A program made the position numbers and the translations under genes. Below, piece by piece: positions 1 to 10,189 of a stretch of 64,000 bases of DNA (positions are counted from its first letter, which is position 1; the number at the start of each line of letters is the position of its first letter). The notes below the pieces were generated by a model. It ran no database searches. It was given only the letters and a program-made list of their open reading frames with translations, and was not told the DNA's origin. Origin of the DNA: an uncultured virus (IMG/VR IMGVR_UViG_3300002220_000736) (lineage: Duplodnaviria > Heunggongvirae > Uroviricota > Caudoviricetes); the IMG/VR virus record IMGVR_UViG_3300002220_000736. One strand, 5' to 3'.

Positions 1-1528
1 TTTCAAATACAATTCCAGCCGGAGCCATTAAAGGAACATCATTCAGTGATGTGTTGTTGTGTAGGCTTGTACCTGCACCCATACCTGAATAGTTTACTTG
101 AACTTCTGCTTGTTTTACACCAGCAGTTTTTGCGATTTTTTCCAGTTTTTCAACTTCGTAAACCTGTAATTCTTCCCTTGTCCAAGTGTCTTTTTCAGTG
201 TTGGACATGATTGATTCAATCAAAGAAGTTTTACGTTCCTCGAATAAACGCAAAGCCGAACGGGTCTGTTCCTGCATATTGGTTGGCATCAGTTTGATAA
301 AATCGTTTTCATTTTTCAAACCTTCCCTCAGCGCATTCACCGCCATTTCTGGGGTAATCTTCACTGATTCTTTATTTACAGTTGGTTCAACCGATACAGG
401 AACCATTCTGTCGAGTTGGTCTTCTTCCAAAGTTTCCAACCATTCCCTGTCCGTTTCTGCAAAATTAGTTGAAGCGTTAGCGATCAACCCATCTACTTTT
501 TTAGCAACGCAGGGAGTGCATTTTTCATTTGCCATAGTTTCATCCTCCTTTTTTAAATTTGTTTGTAACCCTCTTTTTCTTTTTACTTCTGTATATGAAT
601 TCATTACAGTTTTGTATTCAACGTTTTTTTCAACTTCAATAGGCTCACTTGTGAATTCAGCTTCACCGGTTTTAATATTAAATTGATAACCACGTTTGTA
701 ATAATCAGTAGTTTGATTTGTATCTCTTTCGTAAATTAAGTAAGTGTCATACACTTCAATTAGATAATGGTATGGGTACGAATTATCTATTGGGATATCT
801 GGATTTAAACTCCTAACCAATTCACGTAAAACATCAAACATTTCAAGTAATCCTTTTTCAGAATTATTAGCAAGTTTAATAGTTTTATACCCATTCTTTT
901 GAAGAACACCAAGTGCCATTTTTACATCCATTATACTTTCTCCTTTCTTATTTTTAGAGTTTACACGAATTCCACATCCATCTTCAATACTGCAAGCACC
1001 AACCTGATTTGGAAGTATCGCCAAATGATCAGGCCGTAAATTACGGGCAACAGCATCATAGGTTTCATTGTGCCATGAACCTTCCACTTCTTCATCCTCA
1101 CTAAACACACCAACACTAACTTCAATAATTTCACCATTGGTGATTCTATCGTTTAGATTTTCATGATTGGATAGTTTAGTTTTTTCCAACCAAGCTTCTG
1201 ATTTCAGTTTGTCACCATTAATGATGGTGTTGAACACCACACCAATCTGCCAAGATTCCAAAACCGAAGGACTGTTTGCCGATACGTTATTTCCTTCTAC
1301 AACAGGATGTCCAACAGTAACAGGTATCCCATTCCAACTTTCAGGTATCTTTCCAAGTTCTTCAGCAGTATGTAGTAAAGCACCATGACTTCCTTGATGA
1401 ACCCCTTCAACCATCATAGTGACTGGGACAACAACATATTCACGGCCATTCAGTGTTTCCAATCTGGTTGAGTACTCCTGTACTTCTGATTGGTAAATTA
1501 TCATTTTGTTGTCAGTAACACTAGCCAT
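1..1528 (-). CDS. DUF2213-type prohead protease/scaffold protein (3' end outside window; absent from ORF track)
   Basis: Hand translation from ATG 1528: MASVTDNKMIIY...YVVVPVTMMVEGVHQGSHG...WNGIPVTVGHP...HLAILPNQVGACSIEDGCGIRVN. No stop in the segments checked, and the same frame reaches position 2. Preceded by AGGAGG. Follows the minor head gene. Confidence 0.85.
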   Translation of the reverse strand, partial: MASVTDNKMIIYQSEVQEYSTRLETLNGREYVVVPVTMMVEGVHQGSHGALLHTAEELGKIPESWNGIPVTVGHPVVEGNNVSANSPSVLESWQIGVVFNTIINGDKLKSEAWLEKTKLSNHENLNDRITNGEIIEVSVGVFSEDEEVEGSWHNETYDAVARNLRPDHLAILPNQVGACSIEDGCGIRVNSKNKKGESIMDVKMALGVLQKNGYKTIKLANNSEKGLLEMFDVLRELVRSLNPDIPIDNSYPYHYLIEVYDTYLIYERDTNQTTDYYKRGYQFNIKTGEAEFTSEPIEVEKNVEYKTVMNSYTEVKRKRGLQTNLKKEDETMANEKCTPCVAKKVDGLIANASTNFAETDREWLETLEEDQLDRMVPVSVEPTVNKESVKITPEMAVNALREGLKNENDFIKLMPTNMQEQTRSALRLFEERKTSLIESIMSNTEKDTWTREELQVYEVEKLEKIAKTAGVKQAEVQVNYSGMGAGTSLHNNTSLNDVPLMAPAGIVFE

Positions 1529-1529
1529 A

Positions 1530-2483
1530 TTAATTTCCTCCTACTTTTGTTCTTGTTAAATCAACAAATGGGATACTCACACATCTGCATTGCATGTGAA
1601 GTGGTATCATATCTTCTATTTCGTCCAAAGACCATACAGTTCCTTGTAATGATGCACACTTTACGCAAACCCTTGCATCCCCTGCCGTACTCCATTCAGC
1701 CAACACATAAACACCTTCAACAGCCCACGTCCTATATTCATCAATAGTTGCATGATGATGTGATCGTATAATTTCTGTTCTTGCCAATATTTCCGCCCTA
1801 CGTTTTCCGGACATAAAATATGTCACTGTTTTTCCAGCCTTGTTGACATAGGAAATATCTAAACCCAGACTTTCACCGCCACCTATAATTGCACTGTTTA
1901 TCATTCGTGCCAGACGTATTGGAGATTGCCCTTCAAATAACCCTTGTGCCAATATCCTACTGATCTGTGTGTCCATCGTTGTCGATATCCCTTTCAAATC
2001 AGAAAAAGCACGAGTAAACAACAGCATCAACTTTTCAACAGAAACAGGGTTAAAATAAATATTTCCAAAACTATCACCTAACGTAACGGTTAACCCTGCT
2101 TTTTTCAATTCCTGCTGCGCCCTTTTTGAACCTTGTTCATACGCCTTTGCCAAATAGGTACTATACCAAGGAATTTGACTTAAAATCCCGAAACGAGCAT
2201 CAATCCTCATTTCCAATAAAACAGCATCTTCAACCTGACGTAACCACTGCAAAAAACTTGTGATTTTTTCACTCTTATTTGGTAAAGCGAATGTTTTAAT
2301 TCCTGAAGTTTCCTTTAACCCGAAAATGTCATCATCAACAATGACTCTAGTCACTTCTTTTGCAACTTGCTTGAACCTGCGATTCATTTCTACAACAAAC
2401 GCATTTCGTAGCGTGAGTGTGTGTGTTGGATCGTAGTCTTTCACATTCACCTTTAAACTGACATTGTCACAAATTTCACACAT
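1530..2483 (-). CDS. Minor head/head morphogenesis protein (SPP1 gp7/Mu gpF-like)
   Basis: RAEILARTE, WSTAGDARVCVKC and IPLHMQCRC motifs; adjacent to portal. Confidence 0.9.
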   Translation of the reverse strand: MCEICDNVSLKVNVKDYDPTHTLTLRNAFVVEMNRRFKQVAKEVTRVIVDDDIFGLKETSGIKTFALPNKSEKITSFLQWLRQVEDAVLLEMRIDARFGILSQIPWYSTYLAKAYEQGSKRAQQELKKAGLTVTLGDSFGNIYFNPVSVEKLMLLFTRAFSDLKGISTTMDTQISRILAQGLFEGQSPIRLARMINSAIIGGGESLGLDISYVNKAGKTVTYFMSGKRRAEILARTEIIRSHHHATIDEYRTWAVEGVYVLAEWSTAGDARVCVKCASLQGTVWSLDEIEDMIPLHMQCRCVSIPFVDLTRTKVGGN

Positions 2484-2880
2484 GATCTTCTTTTTTTCTT
2501 CTTGTTGTCCTTCCTTCTGCTGATGGTTGTTGATCTGATTTTATGTTATAAAATGAAAAATGGTAACCAGAATCATGCACTGCGCAACCTTCTTGACCAT
2601 TTGGAATTGCAACACCTAGCAGTATGTCGGAGCATAACCAAGAACCGTGCATCCCAACACCTTTTGGGTAGGCTAATCCCGCTCCACAATTGCATCGTGC
2701 TGTTGCTGCAAATACAAGTTCATCCTCAGTAAAGTTATCTTTTAATTGGTAGCACCTAATGATCTTTTCTTCAACATTCGATTGTTCATAATTGTGAATA
2801 TCGTTTAATTCTTTTTCTAATGGTTTAATCTGATCCTTCAACTTAGCAATTTCCAATTGTATTTCTTCTTTTCTTTCCAT
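2476..2880 (-). CDS. Hypothetical protein with N-terminal coiled coil and Cys motifs
   Basis: ORF 2476..2907 with likely start MERKEE at 2880; ARCNCGAGLAY and WLCS. Confidence 0.6.
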   Translation of the reverse strand: MERKEEIQLEIAKLKDQIKPLEKELNDIHNYEQSNVEEKIIRCYQLKDNFTEDELVFAATARCNCGAGLAYPKGVGMHGSWLCSDILLGVAIPNGQEGCAVHDSGYHFSFYNIKSDQQPSAEGRTTRRKKEDHV

Positions 2881-2884
2881 GTCG

Positions 2885-4399
2885 TTATGCTTTTTGTTTT
2901 TTAGCAACTGTATCCACTCCTGTTCCTGCCATTGGATCTTTACGTTTCCGCTTAATGTCTGCCCCTACTTTCACCTGATCCTTTTTAGCATCAAACTCCG
3001 CTTGCATTTCCATTGCTTCACGTTCTGATAATGGGGGTTCTATTTCCGGTAAATCGTTTACTAACTCTTCCGCTTCTTCCAATTCTTCATCCGTAAATCC
3101 TATGAACTTTTTCAAGAACATTTTCTTTGGTACGATGTATTCCGCTGCCGGAGTTGCTGTATAATATCGAATAGCGTTTGAAAGTTTTTCCGCAATCTCA
3201 GATTTTTCCGTTGGTGACATTGCAAACATTTCATCCCAATGTATAACATACTTGTCAACTTTTGCAAGAACCCCGATTTCCATAAAGCGATCAACAACAG
3301 GTCGAACAATCATAGGTTCCATAAATTCTTCCCTGCGTGACTGCACCCATAAATTCCATTCTTCTCTATCTTGTGATGAACTCAACTCTCCACGTTCACT
3401 ACCCATCAAAACCCTTTTAGGTATGCCTTTTTCAGCACTTATCATGGCAATTTGGACATCCACGTTTTTTGAAGGGTCACCTATTTGCTGAGCAAACTCT
3501 TTTACATCAACACCTTCCATTAACAGGAAACGTCTTAGTTTATTTTCATATTCATCAAATTGATCTTGTAATCCTTTTTCGCTGTCTGGGGTCAATGTAA
3601 AATCTTTGTCCACCTTTCCTTGAAATCCCGGCCTTGCACCACGCCAATACATTTCAGCATCACCGCCAATAATCTTTTCCAAGTCAAGCAACCTGTTAAA
3701 CACGGCTTCAAGGCGTGGAGTTCCCATTACCTCATCTTCCAACAAATCTTCAGTAATATGAATAACCCTTGTGTAATGTACCTGAACAATTATAGAAGTC
3801 ATTTCCTGTGTTGCCATTGTAATATTGTAAAGCAAAGGCTTTCCATATCTAGGATTAGTAGGATTAGACTCATAAGTTAATATTTTTGCGCTTCCTTCAC
3901 TTAACGGCTTAATAAATATAAGTTTATTGGAACGTCCTGTAACTGGTTTTACTAAATCATCATTTGACGACACATCATTTAGGCCAAGAAATAAAACACC
4001 ATAACGTCCAATTCCTGTGAGCTTATCGACACGCATGAAAATTGTGTGCAATTTGAATTTAAGTTCCAATTCATCCCATGCTTTTTCTATTTCCGATATT
4101 TTCCCTTTTGCACCTTTTTCCTGTACAGTAAAATCACCACGCCATGCAGCCCTTACCGGACGATCAATAATAGCTTTGGCAATATCATGTCGTAAGTATT
4201 TTGGTAAATAGTAGTTTTCAAAATTTAATGTTGTTGGGTATCCTAAAGCCTGATAAATGTCCCTGTTACCATCATAGGTCATAGTTCCAAGACGGGAAGC
4301 TAAATTAGCCCGATTGACAAGTTCACTAAACACACTCATACGAGCCTGTATTTGTTCATTTGTATATACATTTTGCCTTGTTCGTCTATGTCTTTCCAT
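2885..4399 (-). CDS. Portal protein (DUF1073-like)
   Basis: 504 aa; IAKAIIDRP, VHYTRVIH and GIPKRVLMGSERGELSSSQD; lies between terL and minor head. Confidence 0.9.
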   Translation of the reverse strand: MERHRRTRQNVYTNEQIQARMSVFSELVNRANLASRLGTMTYDGNRDIYQALGYPTTLNFENYYLPKYLRHDIAKAIIDRPVRAAWRGDFTVQEKGAKGKISEIEKAWDELELKFKLHTIFMRVDKLTGIGRYGVLFLGLNDVSSNDDLVKPVTGRSNKLIFIKPLSEGSAKILTYESNPTNPRYGKPLLYNITMATQEMTSIIVQVHYTRVIHITEDLLEDEVMGTPRLEAVFNRLLDLEKIIGGDAEMYWRGARPGFQGKVDKDFTLTPDSEKGLQDQFDEYENKLRRFLLMEGVDVKEFAQQIGDPSKNVDVQIAMISAEKGIPKRVLMGSERGELSSSQDREEWNLWVQSRREEFMEPMIVRPVVDRFMEIGVLAKVDKYVIHWDEMFAMSPTEKSEIAEKLSNAIRYYTATPAAEYIVPKKMFLKKFIGFTDEELEEAEELVNDLPEIEPPLSEREAMEMQAEFDAKKDQVKVGADIKRKRKDPMAGTGVDTVAKKQKA

Positions 4400-4473
4400 G
4401 ATATTTCTATTAGTATCTTTTTATTTTGTAATTCAAAAAAGGTTCAAATTGTCCCTCAAGGTGAAACAAAAAA

Positions 4474-6216
4474 TTATGTCACGCATTCTGGAATATAAGT
4501 TTTGACATCAAATTGCTTATACCACAATTTTGATTGAGTGTAAGTCCCGCTATTCATGTCCTCATACCACATCATAGCATATACATCTTTTGAAATTTTA
4601 ATAAGTGAATTATACCCACCCCCATTACTAACTTGTGAAATTAAACGAACCTCTGTTGACCAAGTGACTCCATCATTTGTAGATATAATTGCAGGGTCAC
4701 GATTAGACCCTCCAATCCACGTTGATTCTGTTAAAATTAAAGATTCATTTGATGGAGTATATGTAGGCATAGCTGGTGCTTGTCCTACAATTACAGTACC
4801 CTTCTTATCTGTAATTGTAACAGGGGTACTCCAACCATTATCGCCTTCAAGATTTGAAGTTTCTGAATATAACATTAAGTCAGTTCCTGAATCCTGTCGT
4901 GTAATTGCGATAAGTTTATCTCCCCATCTTGAAATGGTGCATTCTGTTGGTTGATTATCAGATGATGCAAACAATGATGCAATATTAGACCATACTCCAA
5001 CATTATCTACAGTATTTCCCGTGGAACGAAATAAGTCAACTCCTGCCCCTGCGGTGAGACGGTAGGCCGTTTTTAAGAATTTACCACTTGGAGTCTGCAA
5101 ACAATTACCAAATCCAAAGAAATTTGGAATCGTATCTTTATAAGAATAAAGTATATCTAAATTTTCATTTAAAATATACATATCATTAGTATAGCCCGTA
5201 TCGCCAAATTCAGTTGCTTCAAGCGTTAGAATTAAATACAGACCATCATTTGTTATAGCTAAATTTGGATCTCTATAATCCTTGTTATACAAAATATCAA
5301 GAATCTTAGTGGTAAATGTTCCATCTGAATTTCGAGTATAAAAAATAATATTATTTTCAGATATTGCGGGAACTTGATGTTGTTTTGCACTTCTACATAC
5401 ATGGATTTCCTTGCCCTTAAACATACACCCACTTGAAAATGATGTATAGTCATACCCACTTGAATGAACACCAGCACCCGGCTCAACTGCCATAGGAATG
5501 AATGTTGGTAGAAAATTATTTGAATACAATCGCCTCAAATATGTGTATATCTTATTATTATTATCCTGAGAATCTAAAATTCCTTTTCTCACAATAAAAT
5601 CACGAATTTGTACATTACTTGTATAGTTATCAATTGCAGCTCGCCTCCCTAGTGTTACTCCAAGCATATTGCCAATTCCCACATTACCAGTAATGGGAGT
5701 TTCATCATTAAGTTGCAGTACACTATTCACCCCATTGTAAGTAATTCGCAATATTGACCAAGTATTTAGCGGCACAGAAACTTCAGCCAAACCAGCACCT
5801 GCATGAGCCGTTAAGTTCGGAGAAACGCCATTTTGATAAACCATTCCACTATCACCTTCGTAACCATCAAATACGTATCCATCTAATTTCCAACTTTTTT
5901 GTTGAAATACAAGATACACAGTAGATGGCTGCACCAAACTTGCAATTTCAGGAGTTTTAAGAAAATCAAGAACGCCATTAAACAAAATACCGTTTTCATA
6001 CCATTCCGGCTGTGTGGCTTCGGTGGCGTTAACTGCGGATACGTCACTGTAAATATCCTTAATTGCACTAAGGTTTATACCTGATTTTGTAAGTGTCGCA
6101 AGATTTGAAGCCTGAAACCTAAGTGTATTTCCATCAGTCATTATAGATGGGGGGTTCACCCTTGTCCCCTGTTGAACCAAACCCTTTCCTATACTTGTAA
6201 ATAAACTGTTAATCAT
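4474..6216 (-). CDS. ConA/LamG-like lectin domain fused to a sialidase-like (BNR/Asp-box) beta-propeller
   Basis: N-half FNGVLDFL...NTWSILRITYNG...TLG; C-half YRDPNL, TECTI and STNDGVTWS Asp-box. Confidence 0.65.
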   Translation of the reverse strand: MINSLFTSIGKGLVQQGTRVNPPSIMTDGNTLRFQASNLATLTKSGINLSAIKDIYSDVSAVNATEATQPEWYENGILFNGVLDFLKTPEIASLVQPSTVYLVFQQKSWKLDGYVFDGYEGDSGMVYQNGVSPNLTAHAGAGLAEVSVPLNTWSILRITYNGVNSVLQLNDETPITGNVGIGNMLGVTLGRRAAIDNYTSNVQIRDFIVRKGILDSQDNNNKIYTYLRRLYSNNFLPTFIPMAVEPGAGVHSSGYDYTSFSSGCMFKGKEIHVCRSAKQHQVPAISENNIIFYTRNSDGTFTTKILDILYNKDYRDPNLAITNDGLYLILTLEATEFGDTGYTNDMYILNENLDILYSYKDTIPNFFGFGNCLQTPSGKFLKTAYRLTAGAGVDLFRSTGNTVDNVGVWSNIASLFASSDNQPTECTISRWGDKLIAITRQDSGTDLMLYSETSNLEGDNGWSTPVTITDKKGTVIVGQAPAMPTYTPSNESLILTESTWIGGSNRDPAIISTNDGVTWSTEVRLISQVSNGGGYNSLIKISKDVYAMMWYEDMNSGTYTQSKLWYKQFDVKTYIPECVT

Positions 6217-6227
6217 AGCGTTTAAAT

Positions 6228-6605
6228 TTAAACAGTACCACCTACAACGGTGAATGTGAGTTCATCTACTTTTATTATCTGAATAACTGAAAATTGCCCC
6301 ATACTACTAAGACCATCATCTAAGGCATTTAAAGTAACACCGCTTGCAACAAGCGTGATAACCCCTGCCCCAGACTGCTCAAAAGTAACACAAGCCCCAA
6401 TTTCACATTCAAAATCACCAATAGTCACATTAACAGCTTCACTACTGTTAATCCGTAAATACATTCCTACATCAGAAGAAACAACAGTGTGTGCAGTTGT
6501 CTTTTCATCAATCTTTTGAACAACAGCGGAAAAAGATTGATTATAAGTGCTGTTATACGATAACAAACCATCAACTAATTTAACATATTTGACTACTGGT
6601 TCCAT
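6228..6605 (-). CDS. Small beta-rich virion-associated protein (tail-fibre-like domain)
   Basis: SDVGMYLRINSSEAVNVTI...FEQSGAGVITLVASGVTLN resembles phage fibre C-terminal modules. Confidence 0.5.
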   Translation of the reverse strand: MEPVVKYVKLVDGLLSYNSTYNQSFSAVVQKIDEKTTAHTVVSSDVGMYLRINSSEAVNVTIGDFECEIGACVTFEQSGAGVITLVASGVTLNALDDGLSSMGQFSVIQIIKVDELTFTVVGGTV

Positions 6606-6704
6606 AATGTCTTAATTTAACTGTTCCTACTATTATTATCTTTAAACTATACCAACGTACCACTTTACTACTTTTGATCGAAGGAATCAACGGGAAACCT
6701 TATA

Positions 6705-6794
6705 AAAAGGGTGGGTAATCTATACCCAACGAATAACTAAACCCAAAATTACCAATCAATCAACTATGAACACAAAAACAAACCCCACCCTTTT
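6705..6794 (-). terminator. 11-bp inverted repeat with long G/U-rich loop directly after terL (terminator or 3'-UTR RNA)
   Basis: AAAAGGGTGGG 6705-6715 / CCCACCCTTTT 6784-6794; U-run follows on the minus strand. Confidence 0.45.
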
Positions 6795-6796
6795 AA

Positions 6797-8332
6797 TCAC
6801 CTTCTATTTCCTATCGCCCTTGCAACTTTCTTTGTAGCCAGATAATTAAACGCACCACTTGAAGCATCCACCTGATCTTTATATGTTCCATTTGGAAACA
6901 ATGAAAATTCTTCCGTGTACTCAAAATTCCAAACAGCCACTCTCAATTTAATATTTCCTGAATTTACCTGAACACTTAACGGGTCAGCCCGAAAAGACTT
7001 GTCACCTGTTGGTCGTTCAGCCAGCACATAAAATCCTGCTAAATTCCTTATTGTTCCTTCAGCACTTTCCTTTCCACCAGATCCCGGTTCTTGCTCAACA
7101 ACTACATGAACAAGCCTTCCATCCGATTCAGCCGTTTGTTTTATTATTCTTTCACGTTCTTCACTTCCCCACTGACCACGTTTGACATCATCCACAATAA
7201 ACGTCCCGTCACGTAACAAACTCATTTTAACACCTACCGTGTACGCCCCTTTTCCAATTGAAGCAGCTTTATCCCAGTAACGAACTGTTTTCACATAATG
7301 GTTGGAAGGTGTTATTTCACTTACCATTTGGAAATGGTCGATCTTAAACATTCCACCACCTGCTGGTGCAGGATTTTGTCCAATCTGACCTGCAAATCCG
7401 TATTGGCCCAAATCCTTTTCCATTTCTATGAGAACGTTCCAATTCATTCTATTTGCATCGAACAAATCATCCTTGTAATAACGTTCACATTCCGCTGGCT
7501 TTAAATTTTGTCGGTAATTACGAATCTCACCGGGAAAACATAAATGACGTAAATTAGTTTTTTCCTTTTCCAACAAGTGTCCACTCGGATCGTTCTGCCT
7601 TAACCTTTGCATTATTCCAATAGTCACCGAAACGCCTTTGTCCGTTTTACGTGTTGGTAATGTTTGATCCAGCCAACGATTTGCAATATCAACCTCCTTC
7701 TCACTTGCTGCCTGTTGTGGGTTGAGGGGGTCATCCCAGATAATAATATCAGCATGAAACCCCGTTAATGTACCACCTACCGATGTAGAGTACCTATTTC
7801 CCCCGATACGTTCTTTATAATGAAAATCTGATATTTTTGAAACAGTTCGTTTTATTATTTTGTAATTCGATTTAGTATCCTTGTCAGTCTTAATTGACAA
7901 TTCAGGGTATAATTCCTGAAATCTTTGTGAACGAATTAAATCACGACTTTCTTCAGCACTTTCTAAAGCAAGTACGCTACTGTAACTCACAGTAATAAAC
8001 TTCATCCAGTACCACTTAGTCCAACACCAAACAGGAAACACAATGCTGCATAACTTTGTTTTAGTTGATCCAGGAGGTACGTTTATTAGTAAATCATGAA
8101 CTTTTAATCTTCTATTTCCTACATTGTTAGATACTTGTTCCAACTCCCTACACAGATACGCCAGATGCCAGTTTCCTACAAATGGCTGTCCACTTAATTC
8201 CGGCCACGCCCACAACAAAAATTCATACAAACTCCTATCATTTAACTCACGTTGAATAGATAAAGGATTATTCAGCAATTGCTGAATTTGATCATTTTGT
8301 ATAGGGGCTTCTATCATCATTACTTTTGCCAT
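6797..8332 (-). CDS. terL: Terminase large subunit
   Basis: LLINVPPGSTKT Walker A variant, IIIWDDP, RYWDKAAS nuclease motif, FPNGTYKDQVDA. Confidence 0.95.
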   Translation of the reverse strand: MAKVMMIEAPIQNDQIQQLLNNPLSIQRELNDRSLYEFLLWAWPELSGQPFVGNWHLAYLCRELEQVSNNVGNRRLKVHDLLINVPPGSTKTKLCSIVFPVWCWTKWYWMKFITVSYSSVLALESAEESRDLIRSQRFQELYPELSIKTDKDTKSNYKIIKRTVSKISDFHYKERIGGNRYSTSVGGTLTGFHADIIIWDDPLNPQQAASEKEVDIANRWLDQTLPTRKTDKGVSVTIGIMQRLRQNDPSGHLLEKEKTNLRHLCFPGEIRNYRQNLKPAECERYYKDDLFDANRMNWNVLIEMEKDLGQYGFAGQIGQNPAPAGGGMFKIDHFQMVSEITPSNHYVKTVRYWDKAASIGKGAYTVGVKMSLLRDGTFIVDDVKRGQWGSEERERIIKQTAESDGRLVHVVVEQEPGSGGKESAEGTIRNLAGFYVLAERPTGDKSFRADPLSVQVNSGNIKLRVAVWNFEYTEEFSLFPNGTYKDQVDASSGAFNYLATKKVARAIGNRR

Positions 8333-9453
8333 TTACGATTAGAACTCCTTTGCCAATTTCCATTATTACTTCTTTGATAATTTGGATAAAGTATTGGTGG
8401 GGCAGGATTAGCATCAACCATTAAGATAATTGAAGTGTAAGGTTGAAGGGTTACACTATTTAAATACTTGGTTCCATCCTTATCAATCATAGGAACACTT
8501 AATGAAACTTCTTTATTTGACGCAGTTGCATTGTGTTCTATTCTTAAATCTTCAACAGTTGTAGTATAATTACCAAATTTTAGTATAGCATCATTACCAG
8601 TGATTACATCATCGTTTGTCCCATTATAACCATTAAATGAAGGAACATTTATTTGAGCACCTCTATAATGTATCATATTAGTAACAGCTTTATATATATG
8701 ATTATCTATAAATGAATTTGCTGTTACATTTGGGTTATTAAAATAACTAATTTGGTAATTGTATGTATCATCATTATCCCATGTATTGTTATTTTGAAAT
8801 AAGTTACCACTTATAAGAGATGTATCACCTGTCTGACTAAAAACTCTTATTCCTGCATTTTTACAATTAGTTATTACATTATCGTAAATTTCCATGTTCG
8901 TTGTAGGAACAGGATAAGGTTCAAGGGCAATACCATTTCCTACACCAGCTTTTTCTGGATAAGGGCACCCTTTTACACTATCTATAATATTATTATAAAA
9001 CTTCAGGCCATTACCTGTTAATTGATTTTGAACAGTTATATTATAAACGACATTATTGTAGATGGAATTATCATACCCGTTTGTGTCAAAGTATGAAAAC
9101 AAACCTCTGGCATAATCAATCAATGGGGCAGTTATAAAATTGTTATATATCTCATTATCATGAAAAGGATATGAGTTATCTAACGATACAAATCCAGCAT
9201 TTCCCGCAACAATATTTCTATCCCCAACATTAAAGGCATTTCCATCGTTGTAGTAGTCAGTCCAATCGGCATCACCTTCACATTTGAATTGGAGCGTGAC
9301 AGTAGCTGTCCCAGTTCCACGCAAACTAAAGTACACAATGGAAAGTGATTTTCCACGCAAACCAATTGGGTTTGTCCAAAATCCACCTGATCCCGGAGCG
9401 GTGTCTACCGTTGCATATTCTTTGTAATCACCAGATGAAATTGTATTAGCCAT
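8320..9453 (-). CDS. Chimeric protein: small N-terminal beta domain fused to a parallel beta-helix
   Basis: Repeated N-x-IYNN beta-helix coils after residue ~87; C-terminal LRIEHNAT...VTLQPYTSIILM. Confidence 0.6.
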   Translation of the reverse strand: MANTISSGDYKEYATVDTAPGSGGFWTNPIGLRGKSLSIVYFSLRGTGTATVTLQFKCEGDADWTDYYNDGNAFNVGDRNIVAGNAGFVSLDNSYPFHDNEIYNNFITAPLIDYARGLFSYFDTNGYDNSIYNNVVYNITVQNQLTGNGLKFYNNIIDSVKGCPYPEKAGVGNGIALEPYPVPTTNMEIYDNVITNCKNAGIRVFSQTGDTSLISGNLFQNNNTWDNDDTYNYQISYFNNPNVTANSFIDNHIYKAVTNMIHYRGAQINVPSFNGYNGTNDDVITGNDAILKFGNYTTTVEDLRIEHNATASNKEVSLSVPMIDKDGTKYLNSVTLQPYTSIILMVDANPAPPILYPNYQRSNNGNWQRSSNRKWQK

Positions 9454-9464
9454 GATGTGTATTG

Positions 9465-10127
9465 TTAAAGATTAGTTTCCTGAAGTTCTTTCTGCAATGT
9501 AGTGGTAAAGCCTACATCCTCCACAGGTGCATGTTGCAATCCTATCTTCTGGAGCAACTTCAACTCTTCCATCGTCATCCCCTGCAAGTTGTAGTAGTTG
9601 TTTTGAACAGCACTTCCCAATTTCTTGTTTTGATCCACACGGGCAGACCACATAGCTGGCTGGCGAACTTCCAACCACCGGAGAGCAGCTTTCACATTTG
9701 GCGGATATTTCTTGATGAAAGGGGCACGGATGATCTTTGGTACTTCTTTTACCAGAACAGTCTTTCCATTTACCTGATCGTATATCTTTTCCTTACTGCA
9801 AAAAATCTGTTCGCTTTCATGTTCGTACCCAATCCCTGCCTGATATAAACTATACACCATATTAGCATCGGCTTGCTCTTTTCCTTTCTTAATAGCTTCC
9901 AAGAAGGTTGGAAATTTATTCTTCCATGCAGTGAACGTAGGAACTGAAATGTCAAACACCACAGCCATTTGTTCATCCGTCATGCCCAACAGCGCAAGGT
10001 AAAAAGCAGTACGCACATGAAATTCCTTGAACTTGGAAAGATACTCCCTATTCCTAATATCCTCTAAAACCTGACCGCTGTCAATTGTAGGGGTTGGAAA
10101 TTTGTCAAGTCTTCTTCTGCGTTTCAT
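9465..10127 (-). CDS. terS: Terminase small subunit
   Basis: LGMTDEQMAVVFDISVPTFTAWKNKFPTFLEAIKKGK HTH; YPPNVKAALRWL. Confidence 0.9.
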   Translation of the reverse strand: MKRRRRLDKFPTPTIDSGQVLEDIRNREYLSKFKEFHVRTAFYLALLGMTDEQMAVVFDISVPTFTAWKNKFPTFLEAIKKGKEQADANMVYSLYQAGIGYEHESEQIFCSKEKIYDQVNGKTVLVKEVPKIIRAPFIKKYPPNVKAALRWLEVRQPAMWSARVDQNKKLGSAVQNNYYNLQGMTMEELKLLQKIGLQHAPVEDVGFTTTLQKELQETNL

Positions 10128-10153
10128 GTGGCTTTCCTTCGATTATTACCCTA

Positions 10154-10185
10154 CAAATATACAAACACCCACCCACATAACCAAA
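10154..10185 (-). promoter_or_regulatory. Bacteroidota-type sigma promoter for the terS/packaging operon
   Basis: Minus strand TTTG (10185-10182), 20-nt spacer, TATATTTG (10161-10154). Confidence 0.75.
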
Positions 10186-10189
10186 TAGG

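Noticed and set aside
186..1747. Plus-strand ORFs 186-686, 1167-1388 and 1490-1747
   Set aside because: Antisense shadows of the protease/scaffold and minor head genes
2885..4399. Anti-CBASS Acb1 label sometimes attached to this family
   Set aside because: Size, motifs and synteny fit a portal; no pair of 2H phosphoesterase motifs recognised
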